Shown: positions 1 through 12,616 of the stretch, in pieces
Numbering within the stretch: the stretch's first letter is position 1
How the letters are laid out: every line of letters begins with the position of its first letter
NCBI GenBank assembly: GCA_951406725.2
Contig: OX597816.1
Location: 101,432,001-101,496,000, forward strand
Reading direction: 5' to 3'
Source: Octopus vulgaris
Taxonomy: Eukaryota
Length of the DNA stretch: 64,000 nt
The notes under the pieces: generated by a model
Told to the model about the DNA's origin: nothing
What the model saw: the letters and a program-made list of their open reading frames with translations, nothing else
Databases searched by the model: none
Made by a program: the position numbers and the translations under genes

Positions 1-243
1 ACTTTGGGATTACAAGAGCGTCACTGTCTCTCTTGTTCACCAGGTAGTTTGTGGCAATCTTTTCTTCCTGGATTACAAACGCATAGCCCTCAAAGTGTTA
101 TGTGATGCAGTGGTCTTTTGTCCAAGAGAGGCTGCGCTTCGAGCCAATTCTACTGTCTTCTTCAAGCTTCCGGGTAACATACCCATGCATAGTCTTTTTA
201 TTTTTCGTATGCTGAGTGCTTTCCATTCAGGTCTTCATTGAGG
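1..243 (-). mobile_element. R4/Dong-like (RLE-type) non-LTR retrotransposon fragment, post-RT region, running off the window edge
   Basis: Manual minus-strand translation gives KTMHGYVTRKLEEDSRIGSKRSLSWTKDHCIT*HFEGYAFVIQEEKIATNYLVNKR, resembling the HG...S..W...EG....Q....T.YL block of R4-clade ORFs. It is homologous to about 10100-10260 and abuts (TATG)n. Confidence 0.6.
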
Positions 244-1062
244 TATGTATGTATGTTATTATTCAGTTATATTTCACGATTTCTTGCCAATAGAGAAAGA
301 GCCAGTTTCTAACCTATATCCATGTATGTGTGTGTATGTATGTATGAATGCATGTATATATGTATGAATGCATGTATGTATGTATGTATGTATGTATGTA
401 TGTATGTATGTATGTATGTATGTATGTATATTTGGCGGTGTATATGTGTGCGTTTGTGTCTGGTTCTAAGCAATGCTATTAACTTAATTCTATAAACCAA
501 GATTCTATAAACCATATAAGAATCAACTACAGAATTTTAAACTTCATCAAGAATATTTACCATTCCACAATTAGTCAGCATTTTAGTATAAAATGTCTCT
601 AAAATCAATTATTGAACAAGAATTTTCCCCTAATTAAGACTCTGAAGGGAATGACTTCCTTTTAACCACAAATACCTGCTTATATATTTAAGATCATATT
701 TTTGTTATTAACTCTTTTTTTTTTTGTATATATTTTGCAAGTACGTTATTAATTAGAACAGGCATTGTTTCATACCATCACGGGGTCAATAATCTGAACG
801 TTGAGCACCTGATAAATTAGATTTTAATCACTGCTTAATTAATTATTAGGGTAGAAAACTGAGTTGGGTAGTAATGAGATAGAATTATCCGCGCATGGTT
901 AAACTATATGTTGGTTGGAAGTTTGTAAATTTGATAGTATTGCAAAACGGATTCTGGATGTGTCTACCCACCATATGCCAAGTATTTTGGACGCCGCAAG
1001 GCTTTTTCGAAAAATAAAATTGAAGAAATAATTAGAGCAAAAACTGTTTTCTTAATGTGTGC

Positions 1063-1093
<31 letters not shown>

Positions 1094-1141
1094 CCTTTGT
1101 GTATGTGTGTGTTTGTGTGCGTGTACGCGCGCGCGTACATT

Positions 1142-1195
<54 letters not shown>

Positions 1196-1417
1196 TAGAC
1201 ACACACACCTTGCAAAACTTAAGGGGAGTGCCACCTAAGTGCATTTACGTATGTTTAGAGAGTGGGGAAGGCCGAGCAGAGCCAACATAATTCGGTCGAT
1301 GGTACTGAAAATTAAACACGCACACACGCCCACGCGTGTATACATGCACATACGCTCACATACATATATGCAGTAAATGCACGCATATATGTATACGTAT
1401 GTATTTATATACGTATA

Positions 1418-1461
<44 letters not shown>

Positions 1462-1583
1462 GTATAATGCATGTATCCATATACGTATGTGTATGTATAT
1501 TTGTGTTTATCTATATATATACGAGTGTGGATTGGCAGAAATCTTGTTTACATCACGCACATAGAAAGACAGATAATTGCAAC

Positions 1584-1642
<59 letters not shown>

Positions 1643-2390
1643 TTTGCCAAAGCAAAACAGGAAAAATAGGAGAGGGACAGAAAAATAAAAAGAGAGGGAT
1701 CAAATAAATCTTCCGACTATAAAAAAAAACCAATATATTGCGTGTTATTGCACTTATGTTTAAGTGTAAATAGGATGAAGATAATAATGCGGATATGTAT
1801 ACTTCAACGATTGCCAAAGACATGCTGTGTGCGTGCGTGTTCATTCTCCACACACAAATCTCACTTTTCAAAACAAAAAAAGCAGAGTACATACGTTCTT
1901 ATAGTTTCTGGGGTGACAAAGATTAATTTGATGAAATTTCTCTATTCCCTATATTGTATTTTTTTAATGTTTGTGCTTCATAGCTGTAGGTATGAAAATT
2001 ATGTTTGAGATTTGATGCTTGTATTTGAAACAACAAGGAAGTGTAGACGAAACGGGCATATTGCACTAATGTTTAGTTTCTGCTCCTTGTCTATTAATTC
2101 CCATGTACCTTGTATCATTTTAACGTTGTTGATACCGCCAGACTGAATAGTAGTGTCCTGATATCGAAACAAGAAACCTATCCGTTAGGCAGCTAATGAT
2201 GGATATATACGTTTCGTGTTCTTTTTGAATGTGAAACCTCTGTATCTTGTGTTCTTGTGGCTCTACCTTGTCTTTGAACATATATATATATATATGTTTA
2301 TGTTTATGTTTGTTTATGTTTTCCAGTTTCAGCTCTTGAGCTGTGGCCATGCTGGGGCACCGCCATTTGGTGTTGCTACATGATTTTACC

Positions 2391-4199
2391 TCACGAATGC
2401 TTTTTAGCAACTGCCATTTGGTGCGTGAGAGAGTTTGATGCAGCTGCCCTCATCTGCACCTCCTGCCGTGAAGTTGGTTCATCCTGGACACCTGGCAGGA
2501 AGAGATCCAGTCCTACTTTAAAGACATCCGCATCCACCCCATGCAGGTCCCTCAGGTTTTTCGGGAGGATATTGAAGAGCTGTGGGCCTCTGAAGCCCAG
2601 GCTATCACAGTATCTTGACCTACATCTTGATGGCAAATTTGGAGTCCTTGGCACCACGCAGTGGTGCCCACTTCTGGCATTTGTGTAACTCTCGATGCCA
2701 AAGTTTGGGACAAGTCCTTCCAGGATCTTCCAGATGTATATTATGGCATATCTTTCTCGCCTACGCTCCAAGGAATACAGTTTTAATCTCTTGAGTCTTT
2801 CCCAGTATCTTATATGCTGCACAGAGGCTATCTTCTTCGTGTAGCTTCGTTGGATCGCCTCAAGTTCTGTGATCAACTTGACACTGGATGGTGACAATAG
2901 CTGAGAGCAATAGTCAAAGTGGTTTAGGACAAGTGTCTTCCAGAGGACCATCATGGTTTCTTGTTCTCTTGTTCTAAAGGTTCTAAGAATCCATCCGGCC
3001 AGCCGTCTATATTTCATTGCCAATTTAGCAACATGTACATGAAAGGTTGTGTCATCGCTCATGTAAATACCCAGGTCACGCACTGATTGTGCCTCTGGGA
3101 TTGCGATCCCTCCGGGTCCAGTGTATTCATTGGTTATTGCATTCAGTTTTGCATGCTGATAGCATAAAGCTTGAAACTTTTCAGCATTGAACTTAATGCT
3201 ATTCTTTTCAGCCCACTTGTATATTTTGTCCAGCTCACATTGCAGGTGCTTAGTGTCTTCAGGGTTCTGTATTGCCTGTGAAACTTTTGTATCATCTGCA
3301 TAACTTGTGATTGTGGCTCTCTGCGTGGCTGAGGGCATGTCTGAGAGGGCCATTATGAACAGTAGTGGTCCCAAAACAGTGCCCTGCGGAACACCGCTCT
3401 CTATTTGCGTGTTAATGGAAGTGGCCCCATTGGCTACTACCACCTGACTTCTATCCCTCAGAAAGTCATGAAGCCATTCTCCCAATTTTCCAACTATGCC
3501 AAGATCACGCAGTTTGTGACATATCATTCCATGATCGACTTTATCAAAGGCCTTTGCAAAGTCGAGATATATCACTTCCACATTTGAGTGGATGAGCAGT
3601 CGTTTCAGCACCCAATCATAGTGTTGTAGGAGCTGAGTTAAGCAGCTTCTTCCTGGTCGGAAACCATGTTGGGTGTCAGGCAGCAAGTCATTTTCTTCAA
3701 GGAAGGTGATTAGTTTCCTTCTGACGATTCGTTCCATGACCTTGATGTGTGAGGTGAGAGAGATAGGTCTGTAGTTCTTGGCCTCCGCTCTGCTACCTCC
3801 TTTATGAATAGGGCATATTTTACCTTCCTTCAGTTTTCTTGGAAGTTTGCCAGTTGCAAGGAAGCTCTGAAAGAGAAACTGCAGTGGTCTTGCTAGGACT
3901 CTCTTACATACTTTTAGAAGGATTGCCGGGAATCCATCGGGGCCAGTAGCTGAGTTTGTTTTCATCTCATCTATAGCCTTTATTACATCGTCTTCCTTTA
4001 TATTGATGTAATCAATCATCGCCGCCTCTGACCCCATATCTGCAGTGGTGAAGAAGTCAGTTGGATTGCTGATTTGGAAATGCCCAAGGGGTGGGGTGAA
4101 AACACTCTTGAATTGCTCATTTAGTATTTCACTTACCCTCATTGGATTTCCTGTGAGTGTGCCATCCCTTTCAAGGAGTGGCCCTATCCTACAGTGCAC
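2391..4199 (-). pseudogene. LINE ORF2 reverse transcriptase domain (602 aa open segment of a disrupted ORF2)
   Basis: Motifs GPDG, NYRPISLTS, QHGFR, YLDFAKAFDKV, GVPQGTVLGPLLF, YADD and RDLG. The upstream endonuclease and linker pieces (4240-4500, 4507-5040) are separated by frameshifts or stops. Confidence 0.93.
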
Positions 4200-4239
4200 C
4201 GTAGCTGTTTCTTTGGCATACCTGTAGAAAGCTCTGGGG

Positions 4240-5067
4240 TTAGATTTTATGTTTGTCTATAGCCCAGGTTTCTTTGTCTGCTCTTTCCTTTTCATGGGAG
4301 AGTTGCAGACATTTTTCAATTTCCAACAGTTTTATTTTCAGGCGGGACTTTTCACTGTTTTCAATTTGTTTGTTTAGGCGATTTGAGATTTTTGTACGCC
4401 GTCTCATTAGAATTTTCCTCTCTCTGGGGATTTTGTTCTTGTGTACAGTGGCCTTTCTCTCTGGGACACATTTGTAGCATATGGCTTGCATTACAGACAT
4501 GAATTGTTAAAGTTTCATGTCGATGTCTGGCGAGGAGAGACATTCAGGCCAGTTTTGTTTGAGGATCTCTTTCTCAATTTGTTTCCAGTTTGCCTTATGG
4601 AAGTTTAAGCTGGAAAGATTCTGAGAGTTTCTTGTAGGCTGCATGTCCATGCTTTCCTTTGGCCCGTACATGGTCAGCTCTACCATGTTGTGATCCGAGA
4701 GTAGTGTCGGTGTCACTTTCACATTATGGATGAGATCCATATTATTTGTGAAGCAGAGATCCAGTGTGTTACCTGCCCTGGTTGGTTGGAGTATTACTTG
4801 CTCCATGTACAGGGTGTTGATGAGGTTCAGGAGGGACCTCGCCTGTCCTTGTTCACATCGTGTCATTCCTGGGAGAGAAAGGCCCTCGGGCCATCTGACA
4901 TTGGGTAGATTGAAGTCTCCCATGAGAAGTACACTTATGTGTTGTTCTAGTGTGACTAGAACTTCTTCTATTTTTATAAGGCAGTCTTCAAACTTACCTA
5001 CATGGCTTGGGGCATCTGGAGGGCAATATGTAGCACACACAACTACACCAAGTTGCCTTACATGTAC

Positions 5068-5068
<1 letters not shown>
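4240..5068 (-). pseudogene. LINE ORF2 APE endonuclease and linker fragments
   Basis: GDFNLP, TRAGNTLDLCFT, SDH and FHKANW motifs, broken into separate ORFs. Confidence 0.88.
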
Positions 5069-5111
<43 letters not shown>

Positions 5112-5270
5112 TATATAAACGTACTTGGAGAACAGAAAAGAAACGAAACGACGAGAGGGCGCTTAACGTTTTCGTTTCTCGTTGAGTTCTACGTCTATTT
5201 GTGGTGTCCTGTAATCACATATATATATTTATATATGCATGTATATATACATGTAGATGTAGGTACGTAC

Positions 5271-5303
<33 letters not shown>

Positions 5304-5336
5304 TGTATGTATGTATTTATTATATTTTATTTATTA

Positions 5337-5379
<43 letters not shown>

Positions 5380-5559
5380 GTTGCGGTTATCTCGTGGGTT
5401 AAATATATTTATTTAGTCAACCCGTCAGATAGCTCAGTAAGGATATACATATACTAACAATCATACAAATAATACGAGTATAATCTGAAGCAAAGCAGAA
5501 ACAAGCAAAATATATCATGCTTGACTTTTACATATCTGGGGTGCGCGCGTGCGTGGAAG

Positions 5560-6390
5560 AAGTACTGCAGAAACAATGCTATCCTGTCTGTAGCGATTCC
5601 ACTGATATCGACGCAAGGCATCTGAACGAACTCAGTCCTCAACATATTATCTTGGACATAGTTTTTACTGTCTCACGCATGATAATAGTAATAAATAAAA
5701 TTAAGTACTATTCTGCAGTAGGCCCTGACAGATTCCCCGCTAGTGTCCTGAAGGAACGCAGACACCAAATTTCAACCCCTCCAACCAACCTCTGGAGAAA
5801 TTATCTGGACTCAGACAGAAACGAGACAATTCTTATCCCAATTTGTCATCTCGGTCTTCAAAAAGGGAAACGGGTCTCTTGCAGTTATTTATTGCCAGAC
5901 TCGCTTACCTTTCATATCATGGGAGTTAAGTTGGAAGGGCGGCGAGATCAAGGACAATTGGCTTGCCGGAGAACCACAACCTTCTAAATTCCAATCAGCA
6001 TGACTTTCACTGTGGCAGGGACTGCCCAACACAGCTCTTACATCACATCGACGATGTCCTTAAAGCCTTTGGATCAGATTCGAAATATGATGTCATATAT
6101 CTTGACTTCAGTAAAGCGTTTGACAGAACGGACAACAATATTCTCCTGTCAAAATGGTCAAATATTGGAATCCATGTAAAACTGCTACACTGGATCAAGT
6201 ATTTCCTGGTGGGCAGAAAACATGTTGTGATCGGTGGAGTCCGCTCAAGCTTAGTAAAAGACACCAGTGATATCCCTCAGAGGACTGTCTTGGATCCGCT
6301 TCTCTTTACAGTCTATATCATCTATATCATACGTCTGAAGTATCATCAACCACAGCAAAATAACAGTATTCGCAGAGATTCCAAGCTAAT
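5560..6390 (+). pseudogene. Degenerate CR1/L2-group LINE RT fragment
   Basis: SAVGPDRFP, NQHDF, IYLDFSKAFD and IPQRTVLDPLLF across frameshifted ORFs 5517-5987 and 5963-6421. Confidence 0.85.
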
Positions 6391-6701
6391 ATTCTCTTTT
6401 GCTGTAAGTCCTAGCTTTTAGATATTGTCATTTAGGCATTGACTAACAAAACCACGTTCACTAATTTTTATTGGAATAAATATAGATTCATAATTAGGGT
6501 ATAGAAGCCGAAGGATTCGGAGCTATTATTTGTAGACGTTCTCTTTTTCTTTGATTTTCAAAGAAATATTTGCATCAACTGAGCTGCTGACCTCTGTAAT
6601 ACTTTTTTTTCTTGTCCGATCCAAATACTCAAATCCGACATGTTATGTTTGCACTAAGTAGACTTTTTGATGGGAATATTCCACCAATATTCCTTGTGCT
6701 G

Positions 6702-6732
<31 letters not shown>

Positions 6733-6804
6733 TGTATGTATGTATGTATGTATGTATGTATGTATGTATGTATGTATGTATGTATGTATGTATGTATGTA
6801 TGTA

Positions 6805-9800
6805 TCACTCGGATCGTTTAATGTCTTTAAGGCTGCCATTAAGAAAAGGTCGCTATGCAACACTCATAAGTGCATATGCTCCAACTATGAATTCATCAGA
6901 GGATGATAAACTTGCCTTCTATATATCACTTACAGAAATTGTACGCAATGTCCCCCATGATGACAAGTTGTCATTTTGAGTGATTTTAATGCTCGGAGAC
7001 TGGGGTGTCCGAAGAATGCATGAGGCTGAGAGTTCCAACACTAATAGTTTGCTACTGTTACAAATGTGCGTAGAAACGGATTTGTGTGTCATAAATACAA
7101 TGTTTCGACTAAGAAATACGTATAAAACGACATGGATGCACCCCGGTTCTAAGGAATGGCATCTTATAGTTTACGTCCTCACCAGGAAACGAGATACTAG
7201 GAACTTTGCTATTGTATGAGTAATGCGTGGTGCAGAGTGCTGGACTGATCATAGGCTTTTGCGTGCCAAGGTGAATTTTGTTGTCAAGCCTAAGGTTAGA
7301 GCAAATAATGTCAAATTACCTAAACGGATTGATGTAAATAAACTTAAGATTCCCTCAGTATGCAGTGAGTTTGTGAGTGAGATTAATAATTTGTCCTGTG
7401 ATGGATGCTGGAAGTCATTCAAAGAAAGAGCATACGAGATTCGTAGTAACATTCTTGGCTTTGTTGTAAAAAACACCAAGATTAGTTTGACGATAATGAT
7501 GACGAAGTAAATCTTATCTTAGAGGAGAAGCGAAAGGCATTTAACATGTTGAAAAATGTTGACATGTCAACGAACAGGACAGTGGCTACATATTTCAAGG
7601 TTGCAAAAGCAACAGTGCAGAGGAAGCTACGGATAATGCAAGAAAATTGGTGGAGTGATAGATGCGATGAAATCCAAGAAGCTTCAAATGCTAACAATTC
7701 CAGAATTTTACTCTCTCTTGAAAAAAGTTTATGGACCAGTTTCATCAAAGGTTGCGCCACTTCGAAGCAAGGATGGCACAGAATTATTAACAAATCCTAA
7801 AGATATTGTTGGAAGATGGAAAGAACATTTTGATGAGTTGCTCAATAGACCCGCTGAAGTTGATCTCTCTTTTCTTGATAATATACCCGAAAAACCAATA
7901 AAACATCTTATAGCAGAAGTTCCAAACCTGGATGAAATAAAAGCAGCAATCAGGAAATTGAACAATGGAAAGGCCCCTGGGGTGGATGGACTAGTTGCAG
8001 AGATATATAAATATGGTGGTGATCGTATTTGTGCAATGTTGACGGTTGTGATTCAGAGGGTTTGGCAAAGTGAAGGGGTACCTCCGGATAGGCGTGATGC
8101 AACTATGGAGATACTATATAAATCTAAAGGTGGAAAGGAAGTCTGTGATAATTATCGCGGCATCTGTCTGTTAGCTGTTGCTGGAAAGGTCCTCTATAGG
8201 GTAATGCTGGATAGACTGCTTCTGCACATTGTTGATGAGGTTCTACCAGAATCGCAAAGTCGGTTTAGGGATAGTAGGAGTACTATGGATATGATATTTT
8301 CGGCTAGACAGTTGTAAGAGAAGTGCATCGAACAGGATATGGACTTATATCAGGTCTTCATTGACCTAACAAAAGTGTTTGATTCTATCAATAGAATTGC
8401 ACTTCGGGAGATCAAAAAAAAAAGCTAGAATGCCCTGAAAAATTTGTGAGAATGCTTAGACAATTTCATGACAAGATGGAAGTGAGAGTTAATGCTGGAA
8501 GTACCTTATCAGATCCATTTTCTGTAGAAAATCGTGTAAAGCAAGGTGATATTCCTACTCCTGCACTATTTGCTATATATTTCGCAATAGTCTTTCAAAT
8601 AGCCTTTAAAGATTGCCCTGAAGGGATCTATATAAGATACAGGACAACAGGAAAACTGTTCAATCTCAAAAGACTCTGTGCCAAAATGAAAGTTCTGCAT
8701 TCTCACCTTGTTGAGTTTCTGTATGCAGATTATTGTGGCCTGTTGGCACATTCTTAGAAAGATATGCAGCACATGGTGAATGCGATTTCTGCAGCATTTG
8801 CAGCATTGGGTCTAACAATCAATCTAAAAAAAAACTATTATAATGTACCAGCCTGCTCCCTCCAAGGTGTATGTGGAACCTTTTATAACTGTGAATGGTC
8901 AAAGGTTGGAGACTGTACCTAGATTTATTTATTTAGGAAGTACCTTGAGCACTGCTGGTCTTGATGATGAAATTTCATGCAGAATCAGCAGGGCTAGTAG
9001 TGCTTTTGGTAGGCTTGATAGGCGTCTGTGGAAACAACATAATATATCTTCACAAATTAAAGTTAAAGTATATAATACATACGTCCTCCCATCTTTGCTA
9101 TGTGGAAGTGAGGCATGGGTTGTTTACCGTAGGCAGATAAGGCAATTGGAACGATTTCATCAATATTGTCTGAGAAAAATTTGGGGGATAAACTGGAAAA
9201 TGCCCATTAGTAATGTGGAGGTGCTTGAGAGGAGTGGCAGTAGAAGTATAGATTCAATGATTTTGCAAAGACGTTTGAGGTGGTGGAGGGACATTTGGTA
9301 AGTATGAATGATGAACGACTGCCCAAGCAGCTATTGTATGGTGAGCTAGAAGATGGCAGGTGACCAGCGCATAAGCCTAAACTAAGGTTTAAGGTTGCCT
9401 TAAAAATGCTCTAATACAGACAGGAATTGCAGCTGGTAATTGGGAGAGGGAAGCACAAGACCGTGGTAGATGGAGGGAGATAGTACATGACAGTTGTTCA
9501 AGGTTTGAGAGGGAGAGTGTGGAGTATGAGAGAATTAGGAGGGGGGCTAGAAGGGGGAACCTGTGGAAAGTGAGAGTGTTGCTTTTTATGTGTGTGATTT
9601 GCAGGCGGAGGTCTTTGAGTCGTGCAGGCCTGGTGAGCCATCAAAATTCTCATAGAAATCGACCCATGATAAACAATGATGTGGCTATTAAAATTCATAA
9701 CAGAACGAGTGTAAAATGTGGAAGGGTCTGCCTAACAGTTGGATGTCTAAAAAGACATGTTAAGAGAGTGCATATGGTGGCACCTGTTTCTCTTGATAAC

Positions 9801-9947
9801 CAGCACAGTTGTCTAGTATGTAATAAAATGTGTAAAAGCTTGGCCGGGTTTAGAATTCATATAAGAGCATCACATGACAGCAATCATGAATCATTTCAGT
9901 AAGTCTTCTTGGCAATGGCTTTTCTCGTGTAACTAGGATGCAGCTGT
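6805..9947 (+). mobile_element. RTE-clade (BovB-like) LINE, 5'-truncated, with a disrupted APE-RT ORF and three C-terminal C2H2 zinc fingers
   Basis: ISAYAPT, TWMHP, CWTDH, KAPGVDG, NYRGICLL, VKQG, LYAD and FIYLGS motifs occur in order. Three CxxC..H...H-type motifs lie at about 9590-9880. (TATG)n flanks both sides (6704-6804 and 9948-10030). Confidence 0.92.
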
Positions 9948-10089
9948 TATGTATGTATGTATGTATGTATGTATGTATGTATGTATGTATGTATGTATGT
10001 ATGTATGTATGTATGTATGTATGTATGTATGCATACATACATGTATGTATCTATGTATTCAGAGACAGTCTTTCTTTTTGATGGCATTA

Positions 10090-11370
10090 TATATTGTTAT
10101 AAACTTAGTCTTCGCGGTTTGATATGATGTAGCGCTCGTGAGTTCAAAAACGGCTGCACTTCATGTTGACATTGCTGCCATCTTCAAGTCAGTCTTCGAG
10201 AGACATGCACATGCATAGTCATTATTTTATTATATTTTTGGTATGCTGCGTGCTTCATATCCATGTCTTCTATGGGGTATGTTAGCACAACTGCTTTGAA
10301 GTTGTGTAATAGGTCGTCAAAAAGAGAGTACTTCTTGAGGGGATTTATTGTCAGCTCGTAAGATCTTGTTATTCTACTTAATATATCTATTTTTACTGCT
10401 GTTACTTAACAAGTGCTGTCTGAGAGATACTATACGACACTCAAATGCTGTCTGCGTTGGTCTCAAGCCTCGACTTCCTTCTTCATTTCTTAAGTGAAGC
10501 CTGTTGCTATTACTGTTTCTGTGGAAGTTTCTAGCTGAGTCAGGATCTGATGGGTTTTAATGTTTATGGAGTGAATTTTCTCTACAAACTAGTCAAATAT
10601 CGCAAATGTTAGTATCATCACTGGTAATGCAATTACATTGTGTTATATTGTCTTGTGGGAAGGGAAGAGCTTCGATTTTTCATATTTTTCTAAGTCCACT
10701 GTGATATTCTCGGACCTCTTTAGCTCTGTTCACAGAACCTTCGTATGATGTTTTCATCAAGGCCTATGTATTTATAGTATTCTTCGTGTGGAACAAGAGA
10801 GATGTGGAAACCATTTATGCACAGCTCTTGAGTTTGGTGGTCATAATTTCCACGTTCAATAATTAAATATGAACGTTTCTTTTGGCCGAATTCATTACCA
10901 TGTCAGCTGAAAATATAATTAACTCCAGCTGTTTTGTGGCATTGTATGCATCTTGAAAGGTCATCCAGGGAGAAATTTTCAGTTACATTGATTCCTCTAG
11001 CTATTGCATACATAAGAGTGTAGCCACTAAATTTTTGTAAAAAAGAATTATAAGTAATTTGAGACCAAAATAAGCAGAAGTACAGAAAGACTAACTCTTT
11101 GGAATATTCCCCTCGAAATCGGAGACGATCGTTTCACTCTCATCTGTAAGTGTATGTTACCCAGATCTTTGTGAACCTTTCAATGGCAGCGAATAAGGTG
11201 GCAAGCACTTTTGCCATATGCAAAGACTTCAATAACAATAAGTGGGGAATAGAGTAGAATGCTTTCCAGTAATCACGTCATACTGTCACAAGGTTTCTGA
11301 TGTTTTCATACTTCGACCAGAACAGATCTGTTTATTTTGTTCAATGTGGAACAAGTTTGTTTATCAGGCT
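10090..11370 (-). mobile_element. Highly decayed R4/Dong-like non-LTR retrotransposon RT fragment (absent from the ORF track)
   Basis: Manual minus-strand translation gives DYWKAFYSIPH (about 11250-11275), ISRGIFQRVSLSVLLLILV (about 11065-11120), FSADM.EFGQKK and YYKYIGLDE. These match the R4-type DYxKAFDSxPH, RGIFQGDSLSPL and YKYLG blocks. Confidence 0.7.
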
Positions 11371-11752
11371 TAATGCGGAATTAAATTACAACACAAACAA
11401 CAACTTTTATTAGTAAATTAATTCTAGTGTAATTAAATATCAGCAATGGCATAGTAAAATGTGTATGACATCTTCAAAAGCTTATGTTTCACTGATGACA
11501 TTTGTGTCAGTGGAACAATGACGTCACAGAACACGAAGGACGACCAAATATGAGTATTCCTTTGGAATATTTTCTGATGTCAATTACATGACAAAATTGA
11601 TAATTATGGAATATATGTGAAGTACAGCGGAAATATGTACTAAATATTGGACAGAATTTGTACACTTTGAACAATACTACAATAACGACATTACGGAATT
11701 TAAATATGTGGTACTCCAACAGATTATGTAGAATAAAACATTTTCAGTTATG

Positions 11753-12030
11753 TGTGTGTACGCGCGCGTTAATATTTTTTAAATATATTAATCATATAAT
11801 TATTTAAATATAATAATAATAAATTAAAGTATATAAAAATAAATTATTAGAATAAAGATTGAAAATAGAAATATAAATTGAAAATAAAAGATTAAAATAT
11901 TTTTAATCTTTATTTTTATTTTCAATCTTTATTTTAATCATATAATTTATATACTTTAATTTATTATTATTATATCTAAATATTTATATGATTAATATAT
12001 TTAAATAAAATATTAATGCGCGCACACACA
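11753..12030. repeat. AT-rich imperfect foldback (about 275 bp), possibly MITE-like
   Basis: The arm gcgcgcgttaatatttt...aaattaaagtatataaa is the reverse complement of tttatatactttaattt...aaaatattaatgcgcgc. The centre is near 11900. Confidence 0.7.
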
Positions 12031-12209
12031 TACACAGACAAACACACATATACAAGAAAAATGATAAAAAATAAGGATAAAAAATAAAGAATAAAATATA
12101 ATCTTTATATATATGGATGTCTATGGTTTATTTAAATTCGTGTGCGAGTGTGGTGTGTGTGCGTATAAAAACTAAAATAAAAGATAAAAATAAGGATATA
12201 AAAGCAAAC

Positions 12210-12616
12210 GGATCTTTTCGGTTTGAACGGCAGTTTTTTCTAGCCGTGTCATATGAAATTGTCACCCATAATTATGACCCTTGTATCGACCTATTGCATT
12301 TCAATCTGTTTTAGGGTTAGGGTTAGTTAGGGTTAGGGTTAGGGGTGGAGGGAAGGGTGTCTTTTTTCTGTAAATAAACCCAATCTGTTTCTTAAACGGC
12401 ACAGAATGTTTTCACCTCAATAGACGTCATTGATTGGTTGAAATTGCAGAAATTGAAGAAAAAAAACAACAAATATCTCACAAACTATAGAATTTTCTCA
12501 ATAAAGCCAAGAGAAAAAGATGTTTTATAAACACATTCGATCAGTATACGAAGTTTAAAAGTGTTTAGTTACGTGGAAATTATTTTAAAAAACTGCCGTT
12601 CAAACCGAAAATATCC
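12210..12616. mobile_element. Non-autonomous TIR element (MITE) with about 30-bp TIRs, an 8-bp TSD and internal TTAGGG repeats
   Basis: TIRs GGATCTTTTCGGTTTGAACGGCAGTTTTTT and AAAAAACTGCCGTTCAAACCGAAAATATCC. Flanks are AAGCAAAC and AAGTAAAC (1 mismatch). GG termini with an 8-bp TSD would fit Merlin or hAT. Confidence 0.85.

Larger units (their letters stand above)
2295..5068 (-). mobile_element. CR1/L2-group LINE, 5'-truncated within the APE endonuclease, with an intact 3' end and a (CATAAA)n-like tail
   Basis: APE motifs (YCPP, MGDFNLP, TRAGNTLDL, SDHNMV) at 4507-5040, followed by RT at 2391-4199. The 3' UTR has a hairpin and a short tandem tail at 2295-2321. (TA)n tracts flank both sides. 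Confidence 0.92.

Noticed and set aside
11484-11520. CTGATGA inside a hairpin
   Set aside because: No GAAA or stem III follows, so it is a simple hairpin and not a hammerhead.
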